Shown: in pieces, positions 45,589 through 56,886 of the stretch | Layout of the letters: each line of letters begins with the position of its first letter | Position numbering within the stretch: the first letter of the stretch is position 1 | Assembly: GCA_035693125.1 (NCBI GenBank) | Contig: DASSHB010000134.1 | Location: 11,758 to 75,757, forward strand | Direction: 5' to 3' | Length of the DNA stretch: 64,000 bases | Source of the DNA: Candidatus Limnocylindrales bacterium | Lineage (GTDB): Bacteria > Chloroflexota > Limnocylindria > Limnocylindrales > CSP1-4 | Program-made: the position numbers and the translations under genes | Notes under the pieces: generated by a model | Told to the model about the DNA's origin: nothing | Databases searched by the model: none | The model's input: the letters and a program-made list of their open reading frames with translations, nothing else

Positions 45589-48459
45589 CTAGTCGGCGCG
45601 AGCCAGAGCCACCGCTTCCGTCTGCGACAGGCGCTGCCCCGCGTCCCAGGCGGAGTCGAACGCGGCCGGCTCCAGCTCGGCCTGGGCCCGCTGGAGCATC
45701 GTCTCGTGCTCGGGCTGCTCGTCGAACGCACGTGGTTGGCTCGACGCGTCGCGGATCGCCTGCGCCGCGGCGATGAGCCGGACCGCCCGCTCGACGTTCC
45801 CGAGCTCCATCGCCATGTACCCGAAGTTCTCGAGCTGGCTGGCGACCGCCCCGCGATGGCCCAGGTGGACCCAGCCCCCGATCGTGTCCCGGTAGATCGC
45901 CGCCGCCTCCGCGAACCGACGGCCGCGCCGGAGCGCGTGACCCAGATCGCTCCGAGCCGCCAGGGCGAGCTGCTCGTCCCCGATCTCGGTGAACCGGGCG
46001 ATCGCGGCCGTGAACCGTTCCGCGGCCGCGTCCGTCTCGCCGAGCTGGCCGAAGAGCCGGCCGTGGGCCATCGCGACCGCACCCAGGACGAACGGGTTCG
46101 CCGCGGCTGCCGCAGCCGCCTCGGCCTGGCCGACCAGGACCCGTCCGCCGTCGACGTCCGTGGTGGCCAGGGACGCGCCGGCAAATCCGGCGGCCATGGC
46201 GAGCATCCACCAGGTGCCGTGCTCGCCGGCAAGCGTGACGCCTTCCTGGAAGAGAGCCACCAGGTCCGGCCGGCCGCCCGTGAACGTCGCCGCGACCGCC
46301 AGCCCGCCGAGCGCGGCGAGCCGGGCCTGGACGTCGCCGCTCGCCTCCGCCAGCGAGACCGCGTCGTTCGCCCAGCCCAGCGCCGTCTGGGCACGACCGC
46401 CCATCGCCCACATCCGGGCGGCCTCGCCGAGGAGCAGGGCCGCCTGCGCCTGTTCGCCGGCGACCGGCGCCGGACGTCCGAGCGTCTGCCTCCGGGCGAT
46501 CTCGATCGCGGCGAGCAGTCGGGCATCGCTGTCGGCCGATGGGACGCGCACCGCCCAGTACGCGAGCAATGCGGTCGCCATCCGGACGGCTTCCCATGGC
46601 ATCGACTCGAGGCCCCACTCGAGCGCCGCGTCGAGGTTCTCGACGTCCGAGTCCATCCGGTCGAGCCAGTCGACCATGCCCGCTCCGCGGAGCTCCGGCT
46701 CGGCCATCGCGACGAGCGCGGCGAACGCCCGGAAATGGCGATCCGCGAGCCCCTGGACCTCGCCCGCCTCGATCAGCTTCTCGCGGGCGTACTGGCGGAT
46801 CGTCTCGAGCATCCGATAGCGCGTCGTCGCCCCCCGATCGACGATCACCAGGCTCCGATCGATGAGTCGGGTGAGGCGATCCTGCAGCTCGATCTCGTCG
46901 AGCGGCTCGTCCCCGTCGCCGACGATCCGGGCGGCCCGCCCGATGGTCCAGCCGCCGGCGAAGATCGACAGCCGGCGCAGCAGGATCCGGTCATCCTCGG
47001 TCAGGAGGTCCCAGCTCCAATCGATCAGGGCGTGCAGGGTCTGCTGGCGCGGCACCGCGGTTCGCCGGCCGCCCGCCAGGAGCCGGAACCGATCGCCCAG
47101 CCGCTTCGCGATCTCGTCGGGCGACATCACCGAGACGCGGGCCGCGGCCAGCTCGATCGCGAGCGGAATCCCGTCGAGCCGACGGCAGATCTCGGACACC
47201 GACGACACGTTCGTGTCCGCCAGGGCGAACTCGGGATCGACCGTGGTCGCCCGATCGAGGAACAGGCGGACGGCTTCGGTCCCGGCCGCGGCGGTCACGT
47301 CGTCGGCGGCGGGATCGTCGGGATGCCGAGCCGCCGGCGCCGGGCACGACAGGGACCGCAGCTGGTAGACGGCCTCGCCGGCAACCGCCAGGGCCTCGCG
47401 GCTCGTCGCGAGGACCCGGAGCCCGGGGGCGGCCGAGAGCAGCCGCTCGGCGATCTCGGCCACGGTCTCGACGAGGTGTTCCGCGTTGTCGAGGAGGAGG
47501 AGGACCTCCTTGTCCGCGAGGAACGCGAGCACGGTCGACAGCGCGGGCTGGCCCGGGACCTCCGGCGCGCCGAGGGCCCGCGCGATCTCGGACGCGACCT
47601 GGGCGGGATCGGCCAGGGGCGCCAGCTCGGCGAGCCACGTGCCGTCCGCATAGCGCTCCGCCAGGCGGCCGGCGGCCTCGAGCATCAGCCGGGTCTTGCC
47701 CGTGCCGCCCGTCCCGATCAGCGTGACGAGGCGGTGGCGCGCGACGAGGGCCTGAACCTCGGCCAGCTCTCGTTCGCGACCGATGAACGAGGTCAGCTGG
47801 ACCGGCAGGTTGGTCCGTCCGGTGCTCAGCGACCGGAGCGGCGGGAAATCCAGCGGCAGGTCGGCCACGGAGACCTGGAACACCTGTTCCGGACGATCCA
47901 GGTCGCGGAGCCGGTGCGATCCCAGGTCGACGAGCGAGGTCGCGCCGCCCAGCCGCTCGGCGACGAGCGCCGCGGTCATCGACGAGACGAGGATCTGGCC
48001 GCCGTGGCCGATCGCGAGGATCCTGGCCGACCGGTTGAGGACCGGGCCGAAGTAGTCGCCGTCGCGCGTCTCCGCCGTCCCGGAGTGGATCGCCATCCGG
48101 ACGCGGAGCGGTCCTGTCTCGCCCCAGGTCGCGTCGCGCAGCGCCCGTTGGCCGTCCAGCGCGGCGGCGATCGCAACGGTCGGATCGCCGAAGACCGCAA
48201 GAAGGCCGTCGCCGGTCGTCTTGATGACCGTCCCACCGTGGCCCTCGACCGCGGCCCGGAGGAGCGCATCGTGGAGGGCCAGGGCGCCGGCCATCGCCGC
48301 GGCCTGCTCCTCCCACAGGCGCGTGCTGCCCTCGATGTCGGTGATCAGGAACGACGACAGGGCGACCGGTGGGGCCGGTGCGGCCGCCGGGCCCGCCAGA
48401 GCCGCGACCGATCCGAACGGGGATGCGCCCGCCGCCGTCGCGAGAGGCGGATCGACCAT
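45589..48459 (-). CDS. Class III adenylate/guanylate cyclase fused to NB-ARC-like ATPase and TPR-like repeats (no HTH)
   Basis: Cyclase motifs FLITDIEGSTRLWE, GGTVIKTTGDGLLAVFG and DYFGPVLNRSARI. Walker A LIGTGGTGKTRL and Walker B VLLLLDNAEHL. Confidence 0.85.
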   Translation of the reverse strand: MVDPPLATAAGASPFGSVAALAGPAAAPAPPVALSSFLITDIEGSTRLWEEQAAAMAGALALHDALLRAAVEGHGGTVIKTTGDGLLAVFGDPTVAIAAALDGQRALRDATWGETGPLRVRMAIHSGTAETRDGDYFGPVLNRSARILAIGHGGQILVSSMTAALVAERLGGATSLVDLGSHRLRDLDRPEQVFQVSVADLPLDFPPLRSLSTGRTNLPVQLTSFIGRERELAEVQALVARHRLVTLIGTGGTGKTRLMLEAAGRLAERYADGTWLAELAPLADPAQVASEIARALGAPEVPGQPALSTVLAFLADKEVLLLLDNAEHLVETVAEIAERLLSAAPGLRVLATSREALAVAGEAVYQLRSLSCPAPAARHPDDPAADDVTAAAGTEAVRLFLDRATTVDPEFALADTNVSSVSEICRRLDGIPLAIELAAARVSVMSPDEIAKRLGDRFRLLAGGRRTAVPRQQTLHALIDWSWDLLTEDDRILLRRLSIFAGGWTIGRAARIVGDGDEPLDEIELQDRLTRLIDRSLVIVDRGATTRYRMLETIRQYAREKLIEAGEVQGLADRHFRAFAALVAMAEPELRGAGMVDWLDRMDSDVENLDAALEWGLESMPWEAVRMATALLAYWAVRVPSADSDARLLAAIEIARRQTLGRPAPVAGEQAQAALLLGEAARMWAMGGRAQTALGWANDAVSLAEASGDVQARLAALGGLAVAATFTGGRPDLVALFQEGVTLAGEHGTWWMLAMAAGFAGASLATTDVDGGRVLVGQAEAAAAAAANPFVLGAVAMAHGRLFGQLGETDAAAERFTAAIARFTEIGDEQLALAARSDLGHALRRGRRFAEAAAIYRDTIGGWVHLGHRGAVASQLENFGYMAMELGNVERAVRLIAAAQAIRDASSQPRAFDEQPEHETMLQRAQAELEPAAFDSAWDAGQRLSQTEAVALARAD

Positions 48460-48463
48460 GGGC

Positions 48464-49681
48464 TCAGGCGGCCGGTGCGTGGTGGCGCTCGACGAACCGG
48501 CCGATCCGGCCGAGCGCGTCCTCGAGCTGCTCGTAGCTCGTCGCGTAGCAGGCGCGGACGTGGCCCTCGCCGCTCGGCCCGAAGGCCGAGCCCGGGATCA
48601 CCGCGACCCGCTCCTCCTGGAGCAGCGCCTGGGCGAACGCCTCCGAGCTCAGGCCGGTCGCGCCCGTCACCTCCGGGAAGGCGTAGAACGCGCCGCGCGG
48701 CTCGAACGTCCGGAGGCCGATCGCGTTCAAGCCGTCGACGACGAGCCGGCGCCGCCGATCGTATTCGGCGAGCATCGCCGCGACGTCGGCCTCGGCACCG
48801 AGGAGCGCCTCGAGCGCGGCGTCCTGGGCGGTCGTGGGCGCCGACATGATCCCGTACTGGTGGACCTTGACGATCCCCTCGAGGATCGGCGCCGGCGCGG
48901 CCAGATAGCCGACCCGCCAGCCGGTCATCGCGTAGGCCTTCGAGAAGCCGCCCATCAGGACCGTCCGGTCCTTCATCCCCGGCAGGGCGCTGAACGCCCG
49001 GTGGCGGTACGAGCCGTAGGCCAGCCGGTCGTAGATCTCGTCGCTGTAGACGAGCAGGTCGTGGCGCTCCGCGATCCGGGCCAGCTCGTCCTGGACCTCG
49101 TCCGGCAGGACCGCACCGGTCGGATTGCAGGGGTAGCCCAGGAACAGGGCCTTCGTCCGTGGGGTGATCGCCGCCTCGACGGCCGCCGGATCGAGGGCGA
49201 AGTCGTCCTCGAGCCGGGTGCTGACGTGGCGGACGACCCCACCGGCGAACACGACCGCGGGCACGTACGCGACATACGACGGCTCGTGGAGGATCACCTC
49301 GTCGCCCGGGTCGCACGTCGCGCGGAGCGCCAGGTCCACGGCCTCCGACGCGCCGACCGTGATCAGGAGCTCGGTCGCGGGGTCGTAGCGGACGCCGTAC
49401 CGTCGCTCGAGGTGGGCGGCGAGCGCCTCGCGCAGCTGGCTCGTGCCGTAGTTCGAGGTGTAGTGGGTCCGCCCGGCGTGGAGCGACCGGACACCGGCCG
49501 CGACGATTCGCTCGGGCGTGTCGAAGTCCGGCTCCCCCACCCCGAGCGAGATGACGTCGTCCATCGTGGCGAGGATGTCGAAGAACCGCCGGATGCCGGA
49601 GGGCGGCACGGCCCGGACGCGTTCGGCGAGCGCCCGCTCCGCGAGCGCTGGTTTCGCCGAGAGGGGCTCGGACACGCTCAT
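48464..49681 (-). CDS. Class I/II PLP-dependent aminotransferase (AspC-like)
   Basis: GVGEPDFDTP, the CNPTG-type segment YPCNPTGAV, and the Lys motif FSKAYAMTGWRVGY. It ends 4 nt before the cyclase gene start. Confidence 0.85.
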   Translation of the reverse strand: MSVSEPLSAKPALAERALAERVRAVPPSGIRRFFDILATMDDVISLGVGEPDFDTPERIVAAGVRSLHAGRTHYTSNYGTSQLREALAAHLERRYGVRYDPATELLITVGASEAVDLALRATCDPGDEVILHEPSYVAYVPAVVFAGGVVRHVSTRLEDDFALDPAAVEAAITPRTKALFLGYPCNPTGAVLPDEVQDELARIAERHDLLVYSDEIYDRLAYGSYRHRAFSALPGMKDRTVLMGGFSKAYAMTGWRVGYLAAPAPILEGIVKVHQYGIMSAPTTAQDAALEALLGAEADVAAMLAEYDRRRRLVVDGLNAIGLRTFEPRGAFYAFPEVTGATGLSSEAFAQALLQEERVAVIPGSAFGPSGEGHVRACYATSYEQLEDALGRIGRFVERHHAPAA

Positions 49682-49862
49682 CCGCGGAATGCCTCAGGGT
49701 CGGCTGCGATCCAGGCCGCCCGCGAGCCATCGGCGTTCGGGACATTCCGGACCGGCTTCGGATCGCTCACTCGGTGACCTCCGGTCGGTGCTCCGTCGGG
49801 AGCCGGCGTCGCATCGGCCACGACAGCGTACCGTGCCCCGTTCCGACCGGCGGCCCGGAGCG

Positions 49863-51443
49863 TCAGCGACCCGATCCGGCGAGGGCGCGCGCGCGGTCCG
49901 CCGGCGTGGGTTGCGCGGGATCGGTCGTCAACGCGATCTGGGCCGGCTCGAACGTCCGCCAATCGGCCCCCGCGCTGATCGCCTCGTAGGCGCGGGCGAG
50001 GCGGAGCAGCTCCAGCTCGGACCACGCCGGGCCGATCAGCTGCAGCCCGACCGGCATGCCTTCCGAGAGGCCGCACGGGATCGAGATCCCCGGCAGGCCG
50101 GCCATGTTGACGGGCAGGGTGCATGCGTCCGACAGGTACATCGCCACCGGGTCGGCCATCCGCGCCCCGAACGAGAAGGCCACGGTGGGCGACGTCGGCG
50201 CCACGAGGGCGTCGATCCCCGACTCGAACAGCACGTCGAAGTCGCGCTTGATCAGCGTCCGGACCTTCTGGGCCTTCACGTAGAACGCGTCGTAGTAGCC
50301 CGCGCTCAGCGCGTACGTCCCGAGCATCACCCGGCGCTTGACCTCCGCGCCGAAGCCGCGGCCGCGCGTGGCGAGATAGTTGCCCAGCACGTCGCCCTCG
50401 CCGAGGCGCGGACCGTAGCGGATCCCGTCGTAGCGGGCGAGGTTCGCCGACGCCTCGGCGGGCGCGACGATGTAATACGTCGCCAGGCCGTAGTCGGTGT
50501 GCGGGAGGCTGACCTCCTCGACCGTGGCACCGGCCCCTTCGAGGGCGGCGACGGCCTCCTCGATCCGGCGCCGGGCGTCCGGCTCCATGCCCGCGACGAA
50601 GTACTCGCGCGGCAGGCCGAGCCGCTTGCCGCGGAGCCCGGCCGCGGCCTCGTCGTCGCCGGCCGGCAGGTCCAGCAGGCCGTCCGGGACGGGAACCGGG
50701 GCCGAGGTCGAGTCGCGCTCGTCGCGGCCCGAGACGGCGTGGAGCAGCGCGGCGGCGTCGCGGACGTCCCGGGCGAACGGCCCGATCTGGTCGAGGGAGC
50801 TCGCGAACGCCACGATCCCGTAGCGCGACACGCGGCCGTAGGTCGGCTTCATCCCGACGATCCCGCACAGGGCGGCCGGCTGGCGGATCGAGCCGCCGGT
50901 GTCCGTCCCGAGCGACAGCGGCGCGTGGTAGGCGGACACGACCACGGCCGAGCCGCCGCTGGACCCGCCCGGGACGGTGTCGAGGTCCCACGGATTCGAG
51001 ACGGGGCCGTACGCGCTGTGCTCGTTCGAGGAGCCCATCGCGAACTCGTCCATGTTCGTCTTGCCGAGGATCACCGCGCCCGCGGCGCGGAGCCGCTCCA
51101 CGATGTGGGCGTCGTACGGCGCGACGTAGCCTTCGAGGATCCGCGAGCCCGCGGTGCATTGGCCGCCCTTCAGGGAGATCAGGTCCTTCAGCGCGACCGG
51201 CACGCCGAGGAGCGGGTGCTCGGCGGCGGAAGCGCCCGTCGCGCGTGCGGCGGCGAGGCGCGCGTCGGCGGCGTCGGCCTCGGCGAGTGCCCGGTCGCGG
51301 TCGATCGTCAGCCAGGCGTTCAGGGTGCGATTGCCGGCCTCGGCGGCGTCGAGGTGGGCCGTCGTCAGCTCACGCGACGAGAGCGCGCCGGCCCGCAGGC
51401 CGTCGGTCATCTCGTGGGCGAGGAGGCGCGTGAGGTCGGTCAT
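49863..51443 (-). CDS. gatA: Glu-tRNA(Gln) amidotransferase subunit A
   Basis: Amidase signature GKTNMDEFAMGSSNEHSAYGP...GGSSGGSA. Confidence 0.95.
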   Translation of the reverse strand: MTDLTRLLAHEMTDGLRAGALSSRELTTAHLDAAEAGNRTLNAWLTIDRDRALAEADAADARLAAARATGASAAEHPLLGVPVALKDLISLKGGQCTAGSRILEGYVAPYDAHIVERLRAAGAVILGKTNMDEFAMGSSNEHSAYGPVSNPWDLDTVPGGSSGGSAVVVSAYHAPLSLGTDTGGSIRQPAALCGIVGMKPTYGRVSRYGIVAFASSLDQIGPFARDVRDAAALLHAVSGRDERDSTSAPVPVPDGLLDLPAGDDEAAAGLRGKRLGLPREYFVAGMEPDARRRIEEAVAALEGAGATVEEVSLPHTDYGLATYYIVAPAEASANLARYDGIRYGPRLGEGDVLGNYLATRGRGFGAEVKRRVMLGTYALSAGYYDAFYVKAQKVRTLIKRDFDVLFESGIDALVAPTSPTVAFSFGARMADPVAMYLSDACTLPVNMAGLPGISIPCGLSEGMPVGLQLIGPAWSELELLRLARAYEAISAGADWRTFEPAQIALTTDPAQPTPADRARALAGSGR

Positions 51444-51471
51444 CGGATCGCCGCCGGCTGGACGGGCTCGG

Positions 51472-51768
51472 TCATTCGCCGCCGAGGATCGCCGGGACGA
51501 CGACGTAGCCGCCCGCCGCGTCGGCGGCGTTCCCGAGGACGGCGTCGACCGACAGGGACGGCGTCACGACGTCCTCGCGCAGGATGTTCTCCAGCTCGAT
51601 CGTCTGGGCCGTCGGCGGGATCGCCTCGGTGTCGAGCTCGGCGAGCTTGTCGTACTGGTCGAGGATGTGGTTCAGCTGCCCCTGCAGGAGGCCGATCTCG
51701 GCGTCCGTCAGGCCGAGACGGGCGAGGTGGGCGACGTGCTCGACGTCGCCGCGGGACAGCTCGGGCAT
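51472..51768 (-). CDS. gatC: Asp/Glu-tRNA amidotransferase subunit C
   Basis: MPELSRGDVEHVAHLARLGLTDAEI is a typical GatC N-terminus. The ATG at 51768 is preferred over the track start 51801. Confidence 0.85.
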   Translation of the reverse strand: MPELSRGDVEHVAHLARLGLTDAEIGLLQGQLNHILDQYDKLAELDTEAIPPTAQTIELENILREDVVTPSLSVDAVLGNAADAAGGYVVVPAILGGE

Positions 51769-51893
51769 GGCCGCGATGATATCCGACAGGCCCCCGGCCA
51801 CCGGCTATCGGCCCCCGGCCTTGGTAGGCTCGGAGCGGCGGCGCGCCCGCGCAAGGCGGAAACCGCTCGCCGTGCTCCGGACGATCTGCACCG

Positions 51894-52742
51894 ATGACCG
51901 TTGTCGCCGCCACGATCCGCCCGATGGTCGCCACCGACGTCGCCCGCGCGGCGGACGTGATCCGCCGCCACGACTTCGGCGAGCGCGAGCAGTTCCTCGC
52001 GTGGGCGATCGACCAGCCGACGATCCGCAGCTTCGTCGCGGTCGAGCACGACGGCGCGATCGTGGGGACCGGCGTCGCGTCGGCCCACGGACCGGTCGGC
52101 TGGGTCGGGGTGATCTTCGTCACCCCGGAGCGGCGAGGATCCGGCCTCGGATCGCGGATCACGCGGACGGTCGTCGACGAGCTGGAGCGGCGCGGCTGCC
52201 GGTCGCAGGTGCTGATCGCGTCACCGGCGGGCCGCCCGATCTACGAGCGGCTCGGGTTCGCGGAGGTCGAGCGCCAGGTCCGCTTCTCCGCCGACGGCCT
52301 GGACGATCCGGGCGCTCCGGATCCGTCGATCCGCTCGGTTGCCCCAACGGACGTGGAGGACGTGCTCGCCCTCGACCGAGCGGCGACGGGCGAGGATCGC
52401 TCGCCCGTGCTCCGGTCGCTCCTCGCCTCGGAGGAGACGTGGGTCATCCGTGACGCCGGGGACCGAGCGAGTGGCTACTTCCTGCGTCCACCGTGGCGCG
52501 GCGGCGCCGTGATCGCCGCCGACCCGGCCGACGCGTTGCGACTGCTGGACCTCCGGCGCCGGGTCACGCCGCCGGGCGGGCACGCCGGCGCCGGGGTGCT
52601 TGCCTCGAACGAGGCGGGCCGCACGGCCCTCCGGGCGGCCGGCTGGATCGAGGAGCTGGGGAGCGTCCGGATGGTCCGGGGTGAGCGGCCCGCCTGGCAG
52701 CCGAGCTGGATCTACGGCCAGCTGAACGGGGCGCTCGGCTAG
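51894..52742 (+). CDS. GNAT-family N-acetyltransferase (two-domain, ~282 aa)
   Basis: Acetyl-CoA-binding segment VIFVTPERRGSGLGSRITRTVVDEL. Confidence 0.75.
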   Translation: MTVVAATIRPMVATDVARAADVIRRHDFGEREQFLAWAIDQPTIRSFVAVEHDGAIVGTGVASAHGPVGWVGVIFVTPERRGSGLGSRITRTVVDELERRGCRSQVLIASPAGRPIYERLGFAEVERQVRFSADGLDDPGAPDPSIRSVAPTDVEDVLALDRAATGEDRSPVLRSLLASEETWVIRDAGDRASGYFLRPPWRGGAVIAADPADALRLLDLRRRVTPPGGHAGAGVLASNEAGRTALRAAGWIEELGSVRMVRGERPAWQPSWIYGQLNGALG

Positions 52743-52901
52743 GCGGCGCCCCGGCTGACGGCGGTCAGGTCCATCCTCCGCTCGACCCCGGGGTTGGGCA
52801 GGTCGCGGACGCGATCGCCGTCCGCGCCGGACGGCGTGGGGCCGTCCGCTCCGCGGAGCCGGGGTTGATCGCCCAGGCGTCCGCCTCTCCAGCCGACGGA
52901 C

Positions 52902-53171
52902 TCAGGCCGGCCCGATCATCTGCCAGAACGCGTCCTTGAGGCGCACCTCGGCCGCCCGGCGGACGATCGGCTCATACAGCTCGAGCACGCTCGCACCCAC
53001 GGCCTCGATCGTCTCCACGCGCGGCCCGGCCAGGAGCGTCGCGGTCACCCGCGCCCCGCGGCCGGACTCGGGCACGTCCAGCTCGATGTCGCCCACGACG
53101 ATCCCCACCCCGAGCACCTGGGCCAGATCCTCGGCCAGCCGCTCCGCGAACCGCATCTCGGCGTCGTTCAT
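52902..53171 (-). CDS. Small hypothetical protein (89 aa) abutting the ligA stop
   Basis: The ATG directly follows the ligA TAG (TAGATG). Composition is acidic and non-repetitive, unlike the Arg-rich shadow ORFs. I recognise no family. Confidence 0.4.
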   Translation of the reverse strand: MNDAEMRFAERLAEDLAQVLGVGIVVGDIELDVPESGRGARVTATLLAGPRVETIEAVGASVLELYEPIVRRAAEVRLKDAFWQMIGPA

Positions 53172-55470
<2,299 letters not shown>

Positions 55471-55531
55471 CACCCAGGCGCAGCGAGCGGGAGGCCGGCG
55501 ACCCGCAGCGCCAGAGCGGAGGGCAGGACGG

Positions 55532-56869
55532 ATGGGCGACGCATTCTTCCCGGACGTGACGGGGCGCATCCCCTTCGGCGGCCTCGACGCGACGGATCCC
55601 CTCGCCTTCCGCGTCTACGAGCCCGAGCGGCTGGTCCTGGGCAAGACGATGGCCGATCACCTCCGGATCGGCGTCTGCCTGTGGCACTCGTTCGCCTGGG
55701 ACGGCCGCGACATGTTCGGCGTCGGCACGCTCGACCGGCCGTGGCTGGATCCGGCGGCCGACCCGATGCCGGCGGCCCGCCAGAAGATGGCGGTGGCGTT
55801 CGAGTTCATCGAGAAGCTCGGGATGCCGTACTACTGCTTCCACGACCGGGACGTCGCGCCCGAAGGCGGGTCGTTCGCCGAGTTCCGCGACAATCTCGAC
55901 GCGCTGACGGACGACGCTTTGGGCTACCAGGAGCGGACGGGGGCCACCCTCCTGTGGGGCACCGCGAACCTGTTCACGCATCCCCGCTACCAGGCTGGCG
56001 CGGCCACGAACCCCGATCCCGAGGTCTTCGCCTACGCGGCGGCCCAGGTCAAGCACATGCTCGAGGTCACCCAGCGGCTGGGCGGCACGAACTACGTGCT
56101 GTGGGGCGGCCGCGAGGGCTACGACACGCTCCTGAACACGGACCTGCGGCGCGAGGCGGACCAGCTCGCCCGCTTCCTGCACCTCGTCGCCGAGCACAAG
56201 CACAAGATCGGCTTCGAGGGCACGCTCCTGATCGAGCCGAAGCCGATGGAGCCCACGAAGCACCAGTACGACTACGACTCGGCCACGATCCACGGATTCC
56301 TCGTCCGCGCCGGCCTCGCGGACCAGTACAAGCTGAACATCGAGGCGAACCACGCGACGTTGTCGGGGCACTCGTTCCACCACGAGGTGGCGTACGCGGT
56401 GGCCAACGGCATCCTCGGATCGATCGACGCGAACCGCGGCGACCCGCAGAACGGCTGGGACACCGATCAGTTCCCGAACTCGGTCGAGGACCTGGCGCTG
56501 CCGATCTACGAGATCCTCAAGGGCGGCGGCCTGACGACCGGCGGCTTCAACTTCGACGCGAAGCTCCGTCGCCAGAGCACGAGCCGCCTGGACCTGTTCC
56601 ATGCCCACGTCGGCGGGATCGACACGCTCGCTCGTGCCTTGCTGGTGGCCGCCGATCTCCTCGAGCGCGAGACGCTCTCCGGACCCCTGGCGGCGCGCTA
56701 CGCGGGCTGGGACGGTGCGCTCGGTCGGGCGATCCTCGGCGGCGACGAGTCGCTCGCGAGCCTCGAAGCGAAGGTCGCGTCGGGCGCGATCGACCCGCGG
56801 CCCGTGTCGGGACGGCAGGAGGAGCTCGAGAACGCCGTGAACCGGGTGCTCTGGACCGCAGGTCGCTGA
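55532..56869 (+). CDS. xylA: Xylose isomerase (class II, 445 aa)
   Basis: Full-length XylA similarity ([20 protein letters not shown]..., [34 protein letters not shown]). GGAGGG lies upstream of the ATG. Confidence 0.95.
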   Translation: MGDAFFPDVTGRIPFGGLDATDPLAFRVYEPERLVLGKTMADHLRIGVCLWHSFAWDGRDMFGVGTLDRPWLDPAADPMPAARQKMAVAFEFIEKLGMPYYCFHDRDVAPEGGSFAEFRDNLDALTDDALGYQERTGATLLWGTANLFTHPRYQAGAATNPDPEVFAYAAAQVKHMLEVTQRLGGTNYVLWGGREGYDTLLNTDLRREADQLARFLHLVAEHKHKIGFEGTLLIEPKPMEPTKHQYDYDSATIHGFLVRAGLADQYKLNIEANHATLSGHSFHHEVAYAVANGILGSIDANRGDPQNGWDTDQFPNSVEDLALPIYEILKGGGLTTGGFNFDAKLRRQSTSRLDLFHAHVGGIDTLARALLVAADLLERETLSGPLAARYAGWDGALGRAILGGDESLASLEAKVASGAIDPRPVSGRQEELENAVNRVLWTAGR

Positions 56870-56886
56870 CCGCGGCGGCCCGGCCA

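Noticed and set aside
42613-48459. The two STAND NTPases as an antiphage Avs-like or Pycsar-like defence system.
   Set aside because: No nuclease, TIR, protease or pore-forming effector domain is visible. One protein ends in a LuxR HTH, and the cyclase is the regulatory class III type seen in mycobacterial transcription-factor fusions. A signalling or regulatory role is more parsimonious.
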